Of a stretch of DNA of 64,000 nt, positions 26,266 through 36,968 are shown one piece after another (the stretch's first letter is position 1; every line of letters begins with the position of its first letter). The stretch is from a virus. The notes beneath the pieces were generated by a model. The model saw only the letters and a program-made list of their open reading frames with translations. It made no database searches and was not told the origin of the DNA. Position numbers and translations under genes: made by a program. The DNA lies in the IMG/VR virus record IMGVR_UViG_3300010885_039212, positions 31,734 to 95,733 of that record; one strand, 5' to 3'.

Positions 26266-26703
26266 TCATTTAATCCCAAGCTCATGCTCTGTAATAATCT
26301 TAAATTCCCAACCTCTGTCTTTTGCATACTCAGTCGCAGCTTTCCATTTTGCCTGATTTTTGATAAAAACTAGGGATTCGTTTAGGTATCTTTGGGTTCT
26401 TTTTCCAGGATAAACTGGAGGAATTGTTTGAGCCGATGGTTTAACTTCAACTAAATATGTTCGAAGCAATCCATCTTTGTTTCTTATCTGAATCTGAAAA
26501 TCTACAAAGTAACGATGGATTTTATTATCAGTTGGACATCTGTATGGAATTACTGTCTCCTCGGATAACCACTTAACAACAGCTGGATTTTTATCGCACC
26601 AAGAAGCAAACCTAGTTTCCCAAGAACTTCGCATAATTATGCATGTGGGATCGCCAGAGTATTTTTCTGGGAACATCGGAACGAAACGTCTTTTATGGAA
26701 CAT
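26266..26703 (-). CDS. gp4: head completion nuclease gp4
   Basis: RSSWE, IPY, HRYFVDF, EVKP, NQAKWKAA. Confidence 0.93.
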   Translation of the reverse strand: MFHKRRFVPMFPEKYSGDPTCIIMRSSWETRFASWCDKNPAVVKWLSEETVIPYRCPTDNKIHRYFVDFQIQIRNKDGLLRTYLVEVKPSAQTIPPVYPGKRTQRYLNESLVFIKNQAKWKAATEYAKDRGWEFKIITEHELGIK

Positions 26704-26749
26704 AAATAGTAATAGGAATAAATAACCTCATTTATATTTAGCATGTAAC

Positions 26750-26757
26750 CTAAATAA
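26750..26757 (+). promoter_or_regulatory. T4-type late promoter, divergent from the gp4 promoter at about 26735-26741 (minus)
   Basis: CTAAATA; same motif recurs near 10995, 15998, 26258 (minus), 34710, 42541, 59241 and 63675. Confidence 0.7.
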
Positions 26758-26783
26758 TCGATAGCCAACTATTAGAGAGCAAA

Positions 26784-27893
26784 ATGGCACTAGACACCAA
26801 TACATCGCCAGGTAATCGTGGTATGCCCAAAGATACCTTTAATCAAAACACATATAATGTAACTCACACACAATATCCGATTGACTTGTTCAGGAATGAT
26901 ACTGAATATGGCGGTAATTATGTTATATTTTACATTAACATAGCGCAGGATTCTAAACTTATTAAAGGTAATACCGTAACAACTATTAATGGTAATATAT
27001 CAAAAAGAGTTCAAAGCGATTTAGTTGGATTAAATTTAAGTAATAAACAACTTATTGAAGCAACTGGAACTGCAGGTGCTTTTACTGGTGCAGTTGCAGG
27101 TGGCATATTTAGTGGTAATGCTATTCGAGGTGCTCTTAAAGGTGCTCTTTTTGGTGGCGTTGCAGGAACCGCAGCAACTGGCGTTGCTACAGATGATGAA
27201 AGACAACTAGGAACACAAGCAGGAAGACAGAATAAACGTCTTGACCATGCCATCGCTTTACATATACCAAACCAACTTAATATCAATTATAGTATGGAAT
27301 GGCAAACAGATGAAACTTTTGCGTTTCAAGCAGCAGCAGTATCAAATCGTGAAATTGCTAAAGCCATTGCATCTGGAACTCACAAAGATATAGATAATGA
27401 TTCCCGTGTCAAAGAAACTCTTGGAACTATTGCTCAAAGCATTGCATTATCTAAAACTCCAGGAATGGCTGGTGCTCTTTCTGCAGCAACTGGACTTGCT
27501 GCAAACCCAAAGAAAGAACAAATATTTAAAAGCGTAAATTTCCGTGAGTTTACATTTGATTATACATTCTCACCAAGAAGTCCTGAAGAAGCACAAGCAG
27601 TTAGAAACATAATCTATATGTTCAAACTCCATATGCATCCTGAATATAAAGATGCAAATAATTTTATCTTTTTGTATCCATCTGAGTTTGACATTTATTA
27701 CTACCAAGGTGGTAAAGAAAATCTTAATATACACAGACATCCTTCTTGTGTGCTGAAAAATATGTCAATCAATTATACACCAAATGGTGCATTTAACACT
27801 TTTGATGATGGTATGCCTACACAAATTAATGTTCAACTACAGTTCGTTGAATTGGCTATCTTGACAAAAGAAACTATACAGAGTAATTTCTAA
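26784..27893 (+). CDS. gp48: baseplate tail tube cap gp48
   Basis: IALHIP, NPKKEQIFKSVNFREFTF, PRSPEEA, YPSEFDI, NYTP. Confidence 0.9.
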   Translation: MALDTNTSPGNRGMPKDTFNQNTYNVTHTQYPIDLFRNDTEYGGNYVIFYINIAQDSKLIKGNTVTTINGNISKRVQSDLVGLNLSNKQLIEATGTAGAFTGAVAGGIFSGNAIRGALKGALFGGVAGTAATGVATDDERQLGTQAGRQNKRLDHAIALHIPNQLNINYSMEWQTDETFAFQAAAVSNREIAKAIASGTHKDIDNDSRVKETLGTIAQSIALSKTPGMAGALSAATGLAANPKKEQIFKSVNFREFTFDYTFSPRSPEEAQAVRNIIYMFKLHMHPEYKDANNFIFLYPSEFDIYYYQGGKENLNIHRHPSCVLKNMSINYTPNGAFNTFDDGMPTQINVQLQFVELAILTKETIQSNF

Positions 27894-28396
27894 TGGCTTA
27901 TTTTAATAACTTTCCGCAAATGTTGTACAACTTCCCGATTGGAGGAAGTGATAAAGTAGTTGTCGTTCGAGACATAACTGCAAATGTAAGAGTTATAAAA
28001 TCTGTATTGGAAAATATTACTTTATACGATGAATACGATATCGTTGATGGAGAATCTCCAGAAATAGTTTCAAATAAAGTTTATGAAACTTCTGACTATC
28101 ATTGGGTTCTAATGATAGTAAACCAGCGTTTTGATTATTTGGCAGATTGGCCAATGACTTACGATAGATTGGTTCAATACTGTATTGACAAATATGGAAA
28201 TACAACTTCTATACATCATTATGAAGATTCGAAATTTAACGTAGTAAATTCTGATTATCCTTCAGCAATATCAATAGATAATATAACATATGAAAACCGT
28301 ATTAATGAATCTAAACGAAGAATAAAAATAATTTCAAAATCTCTTATTCAACAAATAACTAATGAACTTAGAACAGTAATGACTCCAAATGGCTAA
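27893..28396 (+). CDS. gp53: baseplate wedge gp53
   Basis: YFNNFP, PEIVSNKVY, HWVLM, IHHYE, NESKRRIKI. Confidence 0.92.
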   Translation: MAYFNNFPQMLYNFPIGGSDKVVVVRDITANVRVIKSVLENITLYDEYDIVDGESPEIVSNKVYETSDYHWVLMIVNQRFDYLADWPMTYDRLVQYCIDKYGNTTSIHHYEDSKFNVVNSDYPSAISIDNITYENRINESKRRIKIISKSLIQQITNELRTVMTPNG

Positions 28397-29711
28397 TACA
28401 TCTTCAAATGATTTAAGATTTGCTGGTGATGTTAACGTCGGCGAAATTACCATAAAATCTTTGGTGAATAACTCTGCATTCAACGTAAAGAATCAGTTGT
28501 TAACTATTCAACTTTATGAGGATATGTTTTCACCATTTATTACTGGATCTTTAATTTTTAGAGAGTCTTCAGATTTTGCAAGTAACTTTCCTTTTGTTGG
28601 TGAGGAAGTTGTGGACATTAGTATATTTACACCTTCCTTTGATATAAAATATCCTGATAATGGAGTTATTAAAGGAAGGTTCTACATTTATAAAATGTCA
28701 GATCGTCAGGAAATAGCAGAACGTAATACTGTTTATCAGTTGCATTTTATTTCAGTCGAAGCCATTAATGATTTAAATGTAAAAATCTCCAAAGGATTTA
28801 ACGGTAAAATTTCAGATATTGCAAATGAATTGTTAACTGGCGAAAACGCATTATATACAAAGAAAAAAGTTTTTATCGAAGAGACAAGTAATAAAACAAA
28901 ATATGTTTCTAATTTTTGGTCTCCAATCCGCAATATAAATTACATTGTGGATCATGCGTTAAATGAAAATGAATCGCCCACATATGTTTTTTATGAAAAT
29001 AGAAATGGGTTCAATTTTATTTCTCTAGACACTTTAAATAGTCAACGACCATTTCAAACATTTCAACAATATGATGTGCATCAAATTATAACACCAGATG
29101 GTGGTTCCACAAGAGATATAAATTTAGATTTTAGAAAAATAACTGAATTGACTATTCCAGTAAGTTATGATTATATGGATAAAGCAACTTCTGGAGTTTA
29201 TGGTTCTACACTATTGTATAGTGACCTTGGAACTAAAGAATATTTTAATCAAAAGTTTTCATTGTTTGATAAATGGGGTGATGATACCAAGGAAACACGA
29301 CTTAATAAATTTCCTGTAGCATCTAATAAACTATTTTCAACATTTAGAGCATCAATGTTTAATGATACTATTGAAGTTGGATTGTTTACAGATTATGAAG
29401 ATGTTTCAAACATAAAGAATAGACAAAAACGTATTTCCAGATTAAAACAAGCAGAAGCCAATAAAATTCAAATTGTTGTTTATGGAAGAACAGATTATAC
29501 AGTTGGTCTTGTTGTTAAAGTTGTAAAATTTAAATCAGCACCAATTGAAAAGAACGACACTGAGAGTTCTCCCGAAAAGATTTTAGATGGACTTATAAGT
29601 GGTAATTATTTGATATCTGCAATCAACCATGTTATAGATGTAGAAAAACACGAGTGCCATATGACCCTAATTAAAGATTCACTAATTGTTGATTTAAATA
29701 ACGTATCATGA
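28389..29711 (+). CDS. baseplate hub protein (gp27-like)
   Basis: LYEDMFSPFITG, FYENRNGFNF, SGNYLISAINH; between gp53 and gp5. Confidence 0.75.
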   Translation: MANTSSNDLRFAGDVNVGEITIKSLVNNSAFNVKNQLLTIQLYEDMFSPFITGSLIFRESSDFASNFPFVGEEVVDISIFTPSFDIKYPDNGVIKGRFYIYKMSDRQEIAERNTVYQLHFISVEAINDLNVKISKGFNGKISDIANELLTGENALYTKKKVFIEETSNKTKYVSNFWSPIRNINYIVDHALNENESPTYVFYENRNGFNFISLDTLNSQRPFQTFQQYDVHQIITPDGGSTRDINLDFRKITELTIPVSYDYMDKATSGVYGSTLLYSDLGTKEYFNQKFSLFDKWGDDTKETRLNKFPVASNKLFSTFRASMFNDTIEVGLFTDYEDVSNIKNRQKRISRLKQAEANKIQIVVYGRTDYTVGLVVKVVKFKSAPIEKNDTESSPEKILDGLISGNYLISAINHVIDVEKHECHMTLIKDSLIVDLNNVS

Positions 29712-32700
29712 ACAAATTTTATACAGGTTGCGTAGAAGATAGAAATGACCCACTAAAACTCGGTCGTTGTCAAGTACGTATTGTTGGTCTTCATACAGAA
29801 GATAAAACAATACTACCAACTGCTGATTTACCATGGGCATTCCCAGTAACTCCTATTACATCTGCTGGTGTTTCTGGAATTGGTACTACACCAATTGGTC
29901 CAGTTGAGGGTTCTTGGGTTCTTATTATGTTTATGGATCCAGACCAACAGATGCCTATTATGATGGGTACTCTTGGTGGTATTTCTCAAATCGCAAATGC
30001 AAAAGATGATTCTAAAACAATTCAAGTTGATAGTGTAAGTCCTGATGGAACTATTAACCAGAGTTCAGGCGATCCTGAAGCAACTACTACAAAAACACCA
30101 ACTAATTTACAAGATGGTAATATTTCAAAACCAGACGAGATTGTTGGTCCACTTGCAAAACTAATTGCTGGTGGTGAATCTGGTTCTGCAGGATATGATG
30201 CATTCAATAGAGGTAGTGGAGCACCAAAGGGAACTGGTTCTGTTGGTGGTCAAAAATTATCTTTGACAGATATGACTATCAAAGATATTATGGACAAACA
30301 ATCTCTTCCGCCAGGAGATCCTAATAGATTATTTGCAGTTGGTAAATATCAATGTATTCCTTCGACTTTAAAAGATGCATGTCAGAAACTTAACATTGAT
30401 GTAAACCAAAGATTCTCTTCATATACACAAGATCTTATATGTCAAGAATATTTGGTAGCACGTAAACGACCAAGATTACTTGCTTACTATCGCAATCCAA
30501 ATAAAAATAATGAAACACTTTTAAAAGAAGCTGGTAAAGCACTTGCTGCTGAATTTGCTTCTATTGAAGATCCATTCAATCTTAAATTTCCTTATGGTGG
30601 TGAAACTGGAACTTATTACAAAAATGGTAATAGAGTTAAAACATCATGGGATACTATTAAAGAGAACCTAGTTTCTGAATGGGAGTTTAGAAATAATCCT
30701 CAGGCTCCACCAGTAACAACAGCAATTGCAAGTGGTGATAAATTTGCTGCTAAAGGTACAGACTATACTGGTGTTCAGAAGTTATTACCAAAAGACGATT
30801 CTAAAAAATCTAAACCAACTGAATCTGCTGGTGATAGTCTGGTTGGCGATATAGTTGGAGCTATTGCTGGTGATATTATTCCAGAAGGTTTAGGTGATGG
30901 TTTATTTGATGGTGGTTTTGGAGAATTGCTGGGTGGTATAACAGATCTTGGTGGTTTAACTGATTTGGCTGATCTTGGTTTAGATTTCGCTGGTCTTGCT
31001 GATCTTGGGCTTGGAAATTTAGCTGATTTAGGATTAGGAGATCTTGGAGATCTTGGAGATCTTGGTGGTTTACTTGGAGATATGGGACTTTCTGGACTTG
31101 GTAATCTTGGTCCAGACCTAGTAAGTAATATAACTGAACTGCAAGGACAGATAACTGATTTAACTAAGTCAATCGGTTTAGATTCACCACTAGATGGAAT
31201 TCTTGGTAAAACTGCCAATGGTGGGTTTAACTTAAATGGAATGCTTACTGATGCTGGATTTAATGTTCAGGGAATTGATGTAAATGGTTTAGTTGCTAAA
31301 ACAACTGGTATTAATGTAAATAATTTAAATGTCAATAGTTTGGTTTCTCAGGCTACTGGTGTTAATTTGAACAATTTTGCTGGTGGTTTAAATGTTAACA
31401 ATTTAATTGGTCAATATACTAATGGTGATAGTTTAAATATTAACAACATAATTGGACAGGCTACCCAAGGATTAAATGTTAACAATTTGATTGGACAGGC
31501 TGTTAATGCAAGTGGAGTTAATAGTTTACTTGGACAGGTTACTGGAAATGGTTTAAACCTTAATAGTATTCTTGGTCAATCTACTGGGTTAAATCCAAAT
31601 AATTTATTGGGACAATTTGGTTCTTCATTAAATCAAATTACATCAAGTCTTGGTATTGGTAATCTTTCAGGATCAGTAACTGGATTAGTTGCAAGTCTTG
31701 GATTAACATCTTTCACGCCAAATGCTTTGATGGCTGAGTTAACTAAAATTGCTGGATCAACTCCTGGACAAGCAAAAGCAATAGTTTCTAATTTACAAAA
31801 TGAACCAACGATTCAATTACCAGAAGTTATTGGAGAACAGAAAGCCGATGGTACCATTAGTACTGGTAGTAATGTAGATCCAAATCGTGGTTTCCAAGAT
31901 CCTAATGGCAGATACCCAAAATATAAAAACGAACAAGATACAAACAGACTTGCTTCTGGAAACAATCTTGGAAGAACTATTGTTCTTGAAAAAGAAGCTG
32001 CACTAAAAACTGCAGTACCAATTGCCAATGGTGGTACATGGGATCAAGCACCAGTTCCTTATAATGCTGTTTATCCATATAACAAAGTGACTCAAACTGA
32101 ATCAGGACATGTGACTGAGTTTGATGATACGCCTGGATCTGAACGTATACATTTCTACCATAAAGCAGGAACATTTACTGAGACCGATGCCAATGGAACA
32201 CAGGTAAATCGAATAGTCGGTGATGGTTTTGAAATTATTGAACGTAATGGTTTTGTGTATGTGCAAGGCGCATTAAATGTTACTGTTGATGGAGCAATGA
32301 ATCTTCGTACAGATAACATATTTAATTTAGAAGTTTCTGGCGCAGCAAATATCAACATCTATAATGATGCCAATATTAATGTTAGCGGAAATGCTAATAT
32401 GGCAGTTGGTGGCGTTTATAATTTAAAAGCGCATCAAATTAATATGGAATCTGACGGACAATTTAATATTAAAGCAGGAAGTGGATTAAATATTCAATCT
32501 GATTCTGATTTAAACATCTATTCTGGTGGAACGATTTATAACGAAGCTGACTCTGATATTAATTTAAAATCTGTTGGAGCAATATTCACTGAAACAGATT
32601 CTGATGTATATATTAAAGCAGGTGGATTAGTTAATATAGAAAGCGATGAAAGTACCAATATTAATGCAGGTATGAAAGTTAATGTTACCGCTGGCACTAA

Positions 32701-33727
32701 TTTGAATTTAAGTGCGAATATATTTGCAACATTAAGTTCAGAAATTGCTGTTGACATTAATGCAGGAGGCTTCGTTAATGTTGATGGTACAATTATTAAC
32801 TTAAATAATGGTATTTCAACTGGAGCAGGATCTGCAAAAGGAGCTAAAGGAGCTAAAGGAGCAAAACTGGCAGCGAATGCTGATATTGATTTACCAATTG
32901 AAACACGTGGTACTTCTGGTGTAAGTTTCTTACCACCATTAAATGTTGTTACTCGTGGCTCTGAATCGCATTTTGAAACTGACGATACGAGTAGCGGTAA
33001 AGATGATCTTGCAACATATCGTTCAAATAGAGTTGCGAATAATGAAAGTTCTGCAACTGGAATAACTTCCAATAAATATATCAAAGATACGTATCAGCCA
33101 AAGGGAACATCTTCTGGTTCTATTGATAGCAATGTAAGTGGTATTCTAGATATGTCTTCAAACGCATTTAATTCTGGCATGAGGCTATCTAAACATTGGA
33201 CTCTTGGTGAATTAACTAAAGGTGGAACTAGAATTCCTAGAATGACTTATGTTGTTCCATCAGTTAAAGGTGGACCAAGAGATATGAAGTTGACTCCACA
33301 AGATATTGTTGCTAATTTGAAAATTTTATGTGATACAGTTCTTGAACCAATTACTGAAAAATATGGTAAAGATTCTTTTGTAATAACAAGTTGTTTTAGA
33401 CGTTGTTCCAATGGACCAAATGATCCAGGAGATCTTGCTTTGAAAGATGCTAGTGGTAATTATATTCCAGAGCATGGAGACCATGTAAAAGGAAGTGCCG
33501 TTGACATTACATTTAAAGAAGGTAAGGCTAAAACCTTTGCTGTTTGTAAAGAATTACCAGATGTATTGACGACATGGAATCAAATTATTATGGAATATGA
33601 TAAAGGTGGTTCTGCTTATTGGATTCATGCTTCTGCCAAACAACAAGGAAACAATGGTCATTGTTTCAGTATGAATAATCACAAGATTTGTGTAGCTGGC
33701 GTAAATGCAGGATTTGTGTTGATATAA
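29708..33727 (+). CDS. gp5: baseplate spike gp5 with lysozyme-like and M15 peptidase domains
   Basis: OB fold DPLKLGRCQVRIVGLH...LPWA; GES...AVGKYQ; YPYNKV...SGHVTEFDDTPG.ERI; beta-helix repeats; LSKHWTLGEL...ITSCFR...H..GSAVD...WIHAS. Confidence 0.92.
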   Translation: MNKFYTGCVEDRNDPLKLGRCQVRIVGLHTEDKTILPTADLPWAFPVTPITSAGVSGIGTTPIGPVEGSWVLIMFMDPDQQMPIMMGTLGGISQIANAKDDSKTIQVDSVSPDGTINQSSGDPEATTTKTPTNLQDGNISKPDEIVGPLAKLIAGGESGSAGYDAFNRGSGAPKGTGSVGGQKLSLTDMTIKDIMDKQSLPPGDPNRLFAVGKYQCIPSTLKDACQKLNIDVNQRFSSYTQDLICQEYLVARKRPRLLAYYRNPNKNNETLLKEAGKALAAEFASIEDPFNLKFPYGGETGTYYKNGNRVKTSWDTIKENLVSEWEFRNNPQAPPVTTAIASGDKFAAKGTDYTGVQKLLPKDDSKKSKPTESAGDSLVGDIVGAIAGDIIPEGLGDGLFDGGFGELLGGITDLGGLTDLADLGLDFAGLADLGLGNLADLGLGDLGDLGDLGGLLGDMGLSGLGNLGPDLVSNITELQGQITDLTKSIGLDSPLDGILGKTANGGFNLNGMLTDAGFNVQGIDVNGLVAKTTGINVNNLNVNSLVSQATGVNLNNFAGGLNVNNLIGQYTNGDSLNINNIIGQATQGLNVNNLIGQAVNASGVNSLLGQVTGNGLNLNSILGQSTGLNPNNLLGQFGSSLNQITSSLGIGNLSGSVTGLVASLGLTSFTPNALMAELTKIAGSTPGQAKAIVSNLQNEPTIQLPEVIGEQKADGTISTGSNVDPNRGFQDPNGRYPKYKNEQDTNRLASGNNLGRTIVLEKEAALKTAVPIANGGTWDQAPVPYNAVYPYNKVTQTESGHVTEFDDTPGSERIHFYHKAGTFTETDANGTQVNRIVGDGFEIIERNGFVYVQGALNVTVDGAMNLRTDNIFNLEVSGAANINIYNDANINVSGNANMAVGGVYNLKAHQINMESDGQFNIKAGSGLNIQSDSDLNIYSGGTIYNEADSDINLKSVGAIFTETDSDVYIKAGGLVNIESDESTNINAGMKVNVTAGTNLNLSANIFATLSSEIAVDINAGGFVNVDGTIINLNNGISTGAGSAKGAKGAKGAKLAANADIDLPIETRGTSGVSFLPPLNVVTRGSESHFETDDTSSGKDDLATYRSNRVANNESSATGITSNKYIKDTYQPKGTSSGSIDSNVSGILDMSSNAFNSGMRLSKHWTLGELTKGGTRIPRMTYVVPSVKGGPRDMKLTPQDIVANLKILCDTVLEPITEKYGKDSFVITSCFRRCSNGPNDPGDLALKDASGNYIPEHGDHVKGSAVDITFKEGKAKTFAVCKELPDVLTTWNQIIMEYDKGGSAYWIHASAKQQGNNGHCFSMNNHKICVAGVNAGFVLI

Positions 33728-33728
33728 T

Positions 33729-34358
33729 ATGACACTTAAAATAACTCAGTCTAATCTTGTTGGGTTTGAGGCAATCCCAGGAGATGAACTAGATGTAATT
33801 AGAGGAGCAACTGGTGGTGAGGATGGTGCTGGTGGTTCAATACCACAAACTTATTTACCAACAGTTTATGAATCAATGCCATATTCTATTGATTTAACAT
33901 TTGAGGGAATATATGCAGCACCAACTGAACCACCATCTTATACAACTTTACCAGCAACCCTAGTAACTACTACTTTTAATTGGGCTAACGCTGGATTAAC
34001 ATATACACCATTAACTGTTAATAGTATAAGACTATCTGGTGCTTCATCTTATGACTTTAATACTCAACATTATAATTTTGTTAAATCGGATTTAAGTACA
34101 GAGATATTACCACCACCAACATCACCACCATTTAATTTAATATATGAATATACTCTACCAACTAATAAATCACAAAAACTTACATATGCTAGTATTTTTG
34201 CCACAATTCCTGCAGATCCATATTTACTAACTCCTGGTGGAATAGAAACAGTTGATATGGAGCAATGGATTCATTGGTCATTCGCAAGTGCCAGAGCAAA
34301 AGTTTTATTTTTAAGAGCAAATGGTAGCATACCTATTAATTTACCAGCTAAAGCATAA
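33729..34358 (+). CDS. hypothetical baseplate-associated protein
   Basis: Between gp5 and PAAR. Confidence 0.65.
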   Translation: MTLKITQSNLVGFEAIPGDELDVIRGATGGEDGAGGSIPQTYLPTVYESMPYSIDLTFEGIYAAPTEPPSYTTLPATLVTTTFNWANAGLTYTPLTVNSIRLSGASSYDFNTQHYNFVKSDLSTEILPPPTSPPFNLIYEYTLPTNKSQKLTYASIFATIPADPYLLTPGGIETVDMEQWIHWSFASARAKVLFLRANGSIPINLPAKA

Positions 34359-34370
34359 AGGGTTATAATA

Positions 34371-34691
34371 ATGTTTGCAGTTTCAAGAGTTACAGATACC
34401 GTTGCATCGCCAACTGGTACAGGATGGAAATGTCTAATGCCAACTACAACAGTAATTGTTGGTCCAGGAACTCCTACAGTATTAGTAAACTATTTACCAA
34501 TTGCTGGTTCAGGAGATGCAGTAATGCCCCATCTGGGTGCTTTCTGTCATCCAGACATATCATTTATAATTGGGACTGGTTTTACAGTTCTTGCTGGTTA
34601 TAGACCAGTAGCAACGATTGGAGATGAAGCATTTGGATCTGATCTACCAAATTTTATAATAAGAGGTTCTTTTAATGTTCTTGTTGGATAA
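34371..34691 (+). CDS. PAAR-like spike tip (gp5.4-like)
   Basis: AVSRVTD, VLVNYLPIA..GD, His/Cys residues, RPVATIGD, GSFNVLVG. Confidence 0.8.
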   Translation: MFAVSRVTDTVASPTGTGWKCLMPTTTVIVGPGTPTVLVNYLPIAGSGDAVMPHLGAFCHPDISFIIGTGFTVLAGYRPVATIGDEAFGSDLPNFIIRGSFNVLVG

Positions 34692-34721
34692 TAAGACGCA
34701 ACTATTGTCCTAAATAATAAT

Positions 34722-35114
34722 ATGGCACGAAACACTAGAATTTTCACTGATTTAGATCTTAATTTCTCGGCTCATCCTGTTACAAAAGACGTAACAGTTA
34801 AAACTGATGAACAAGCAATTAAGGCATCGATACGTAATCTGATTTTAACATCAAATTATGAGAAACCATTTCACCCAGAAATTGGTTCTCCGATTAAATC
34901 GCTTTTATTTGAACCAGCAACTCCGCTTCTACCAATTATTCTGAAGAAAGCAATTTCTCAGACTATAACTAATTTTGAACCAAGAGTTAATCTTACAAAT
35001 GTAACGGCAAATTTAAGTGCTGATAATAATGATGTTTATGTAACAATAGAATTTACAATAGTCAATACTAGCACAATTTTAAGTGTTGATTTAATACTTA
35101 CCAGAACGAGATAA
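34722..35114 (+). CDS. gp25: baseplate wedge gp25
   Basis: DLDLNF..HP, AIKASIRNLILT, EKPFHPEIG, FEPRV. Confidence 0.95.
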   Translation: MARNTRIFTDLDLNFSAHPVTKDVTVKTDEQAIKASIRNLILTSNYEKPFHPEIGSPIKSLLFEPATPLLPIILKKAISQTITNFEPRVNLTNVTANLSADNNDVYVTIEFTIVNTSTILSVDLILTRTR

Positions 35115-35117
35115 AAT

Positions 35118-36968
35118 ATGGCAATCGATAGCAAAAGAATTCAAGTTAGTGAATTAGATTTCGATCAAATTAAATCTAATTTAAAGAACTTTATGAAGGG
35201 TCAAAGTACCTTTACGGACTATGACTTTGAGGGTTCTGGACTTTCTACTTTATTGGATGTTCTGGCTTATAATACCCATTACAATGCTCTTTATACAAAT
35301 TTGGCTATAAATGAGATGTTTTTAGATTCAGCTAGTAAAAGAGCAAGCGTAGTTTCTTTGGCTAAGTCTTTGGGTTACACTCCAACTTCTGCAACTGCTG
35401 CAAGAGCAACAGTTAATATGCAAGTTACACATCCAACTTCTACTCCGTATTCTCTTACACTCCCCCAGTATTCTGCATTTGGTACTACGATTAATGGTAA
35501 TTCATATACGTTCTATAATATGGATGCGGTTACTATTATTCCTCCAAATGGAATTTATACATTTACAAATTTACAATTGATCGAAGGAACGCCATTAAGT
35601 TTTAAATACACTGTTGTTGATGGACAGAAATATATTATTCCAAACCCAAATATTGATATGTCAACACTTAGAGTTCGTGTTCAAGAATCTTCTAGTTCAG
35701 ATACATTTACAACATTTATACCAGCTGTTTCTTTAGTTCAACTAGCCTCTGATAGTAATGTATATTTTTCTAAAGAAATTGATAACGGATTATTTGAAAT
35801 TGTTTTTGGTGATGGTATTGTTTCAACTGGGCTAATGAATGGTAATGTAGTACATCTTGATTATTTTGTTACTAAAGGCTCTATTGCAAATGGCGCACGT
35901 CAATTTGTTTATAATGGATCAACGCTAATCGGTGGGCGTCCAGTTATAACAACTACAAGTTATGCAACAGGTGGAACTGCTGCAGAAAGTATAGATAGTA
36001 TTAGATTTAATGCACCAAGATTATATGCTGCACAAAATCGCGCAGTCACACCAGACGATTATAAAGCATTAATATATGGATCATTTCCATACATTTCTTC
36101 AGTATCAGTTTGGGGTGGTGAGGATAATAATCCTCCAGTTTATGGGAAAACTTATATCTGTGCAAAACCAACCAATGCTATTAAATTAACTAATCAACAA
36201 AAATCTGATATTACAAGTACTTTACTATCTTCACGAAGTGTAGTATCAATTTCTCCAGTTATTGTTGACCCAGAATATATTAATATTGCACTAAATGTTG
36301 CAGTATATTATAATGATAGAAAAACAATTCAAACTGCTGCTCAAATAGCATCTTTAGTTACTGATACAATTTTTGCATATGATAGTTCAACTCTACAAAA
36401 ATTTGATGGTGTTTTTCGATTCTCTCAATTAAGTCGTTTAATTGATATATCAGATCCATCTATTGTAAGCAATATTACAACAGTTATATTAAGAAGACAA
36501 GTATCACCTCGTTATAATGTGTCTGCTGAATATTCTATAAGACTCGTTAATCCAATTTTTTCTGCAGGCGTACCAGAAGATGCAATTTCTTCTTCTGGCT
36601 TTTATATAAAAGGTAGTAGTCAAGTACACTACATACAAGATGACGGTATTGGTAATATTCAACTTTATTATTTCACAGCATCAAGAAGTGCTGTCGCTGG
36701 AAGCACAAAATTTGTAGTTAATCCAAAAATTGGTACAGTTGATTATGCTGATGGAATTATTAATATTAAAAATTTAAATATTACTGCACTTGCAGAAACT
36801 GATTGGGAAATTGCAATCAAACCTCAATCAAACGATGTGGTTTCTGCGTACACTCAAATCGCTCAAATTGCACGTGATTATGTAACAGTAACAGCAATAC
36901 CAGATCAAACTGCCAATGGCGATTTGCGTGGTGGAAAGAACTATACATTTACATCTAGCAGAAACTAA
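35118..36968 (+). CDS. gp6: baseplate wedge gp6
   Basis: ELDFDQIK, DYDFEGSGL, LAYNTHY, FGDG, QNRAVTPDDY. Confidence 0.95.
   Translation: MAIDSKRIQVSELDFDQIKSNLKNFMKGQSTFTDYDFEGSGLSTLLDVLAYNTHYNALYTNLAINEMFLDSASKRASVVSLAKSLGYTPTSATAARATVNMQVTHPTSTPYSLTLPQYSAFGTTINGNSYTFYNMDAVTIIPPNGIYTFTNLQLIEGTPLSFKYTVVDGQKYIIPNPNIDMSTLRVRVQESSSSDTFTTFIPAVSLVQLASDSNVYFSKEIDNGLFEIVFGDGIVSTGLMNGNVVHLDYFVTKGSIANGARQFVYNGSTLIGGRPVITTTSYATGGTAAESIDSIRFNAPRLYAAQNRAVTPDDYKALIYGSFPYISSVSVWGGEDNNPPVYGKTYICAKPTNAIKLTNQQKSDITSTLLSSRSVVSISPVIVDPEYINIALNVAVYYNDRKTIQTAAQIASLVTDTIFAYDSSTLQKFDGVFRFSQLSRLIDISDPSIVSNITTVILRRQVSPRYNVSAEYSIRLVNPIFSAGVPEDAISSSGFYIKGSSQVHYIQDDGIGNIQLYYFTASRSAVAGSTKFVVNPKIGTVDYADGIINIKNLNITALAETDWEIAIKPQSNDVVSAYTQIAQIARDYVTVTAIPDQTANGDLRGGKNYTFTSSRN

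Noticed and set aside
26266-26703. TnsA transposase
   Set aside because: The TnsA-like fold is expected for gp4; canonical gp2-gp4-gp48 synteny
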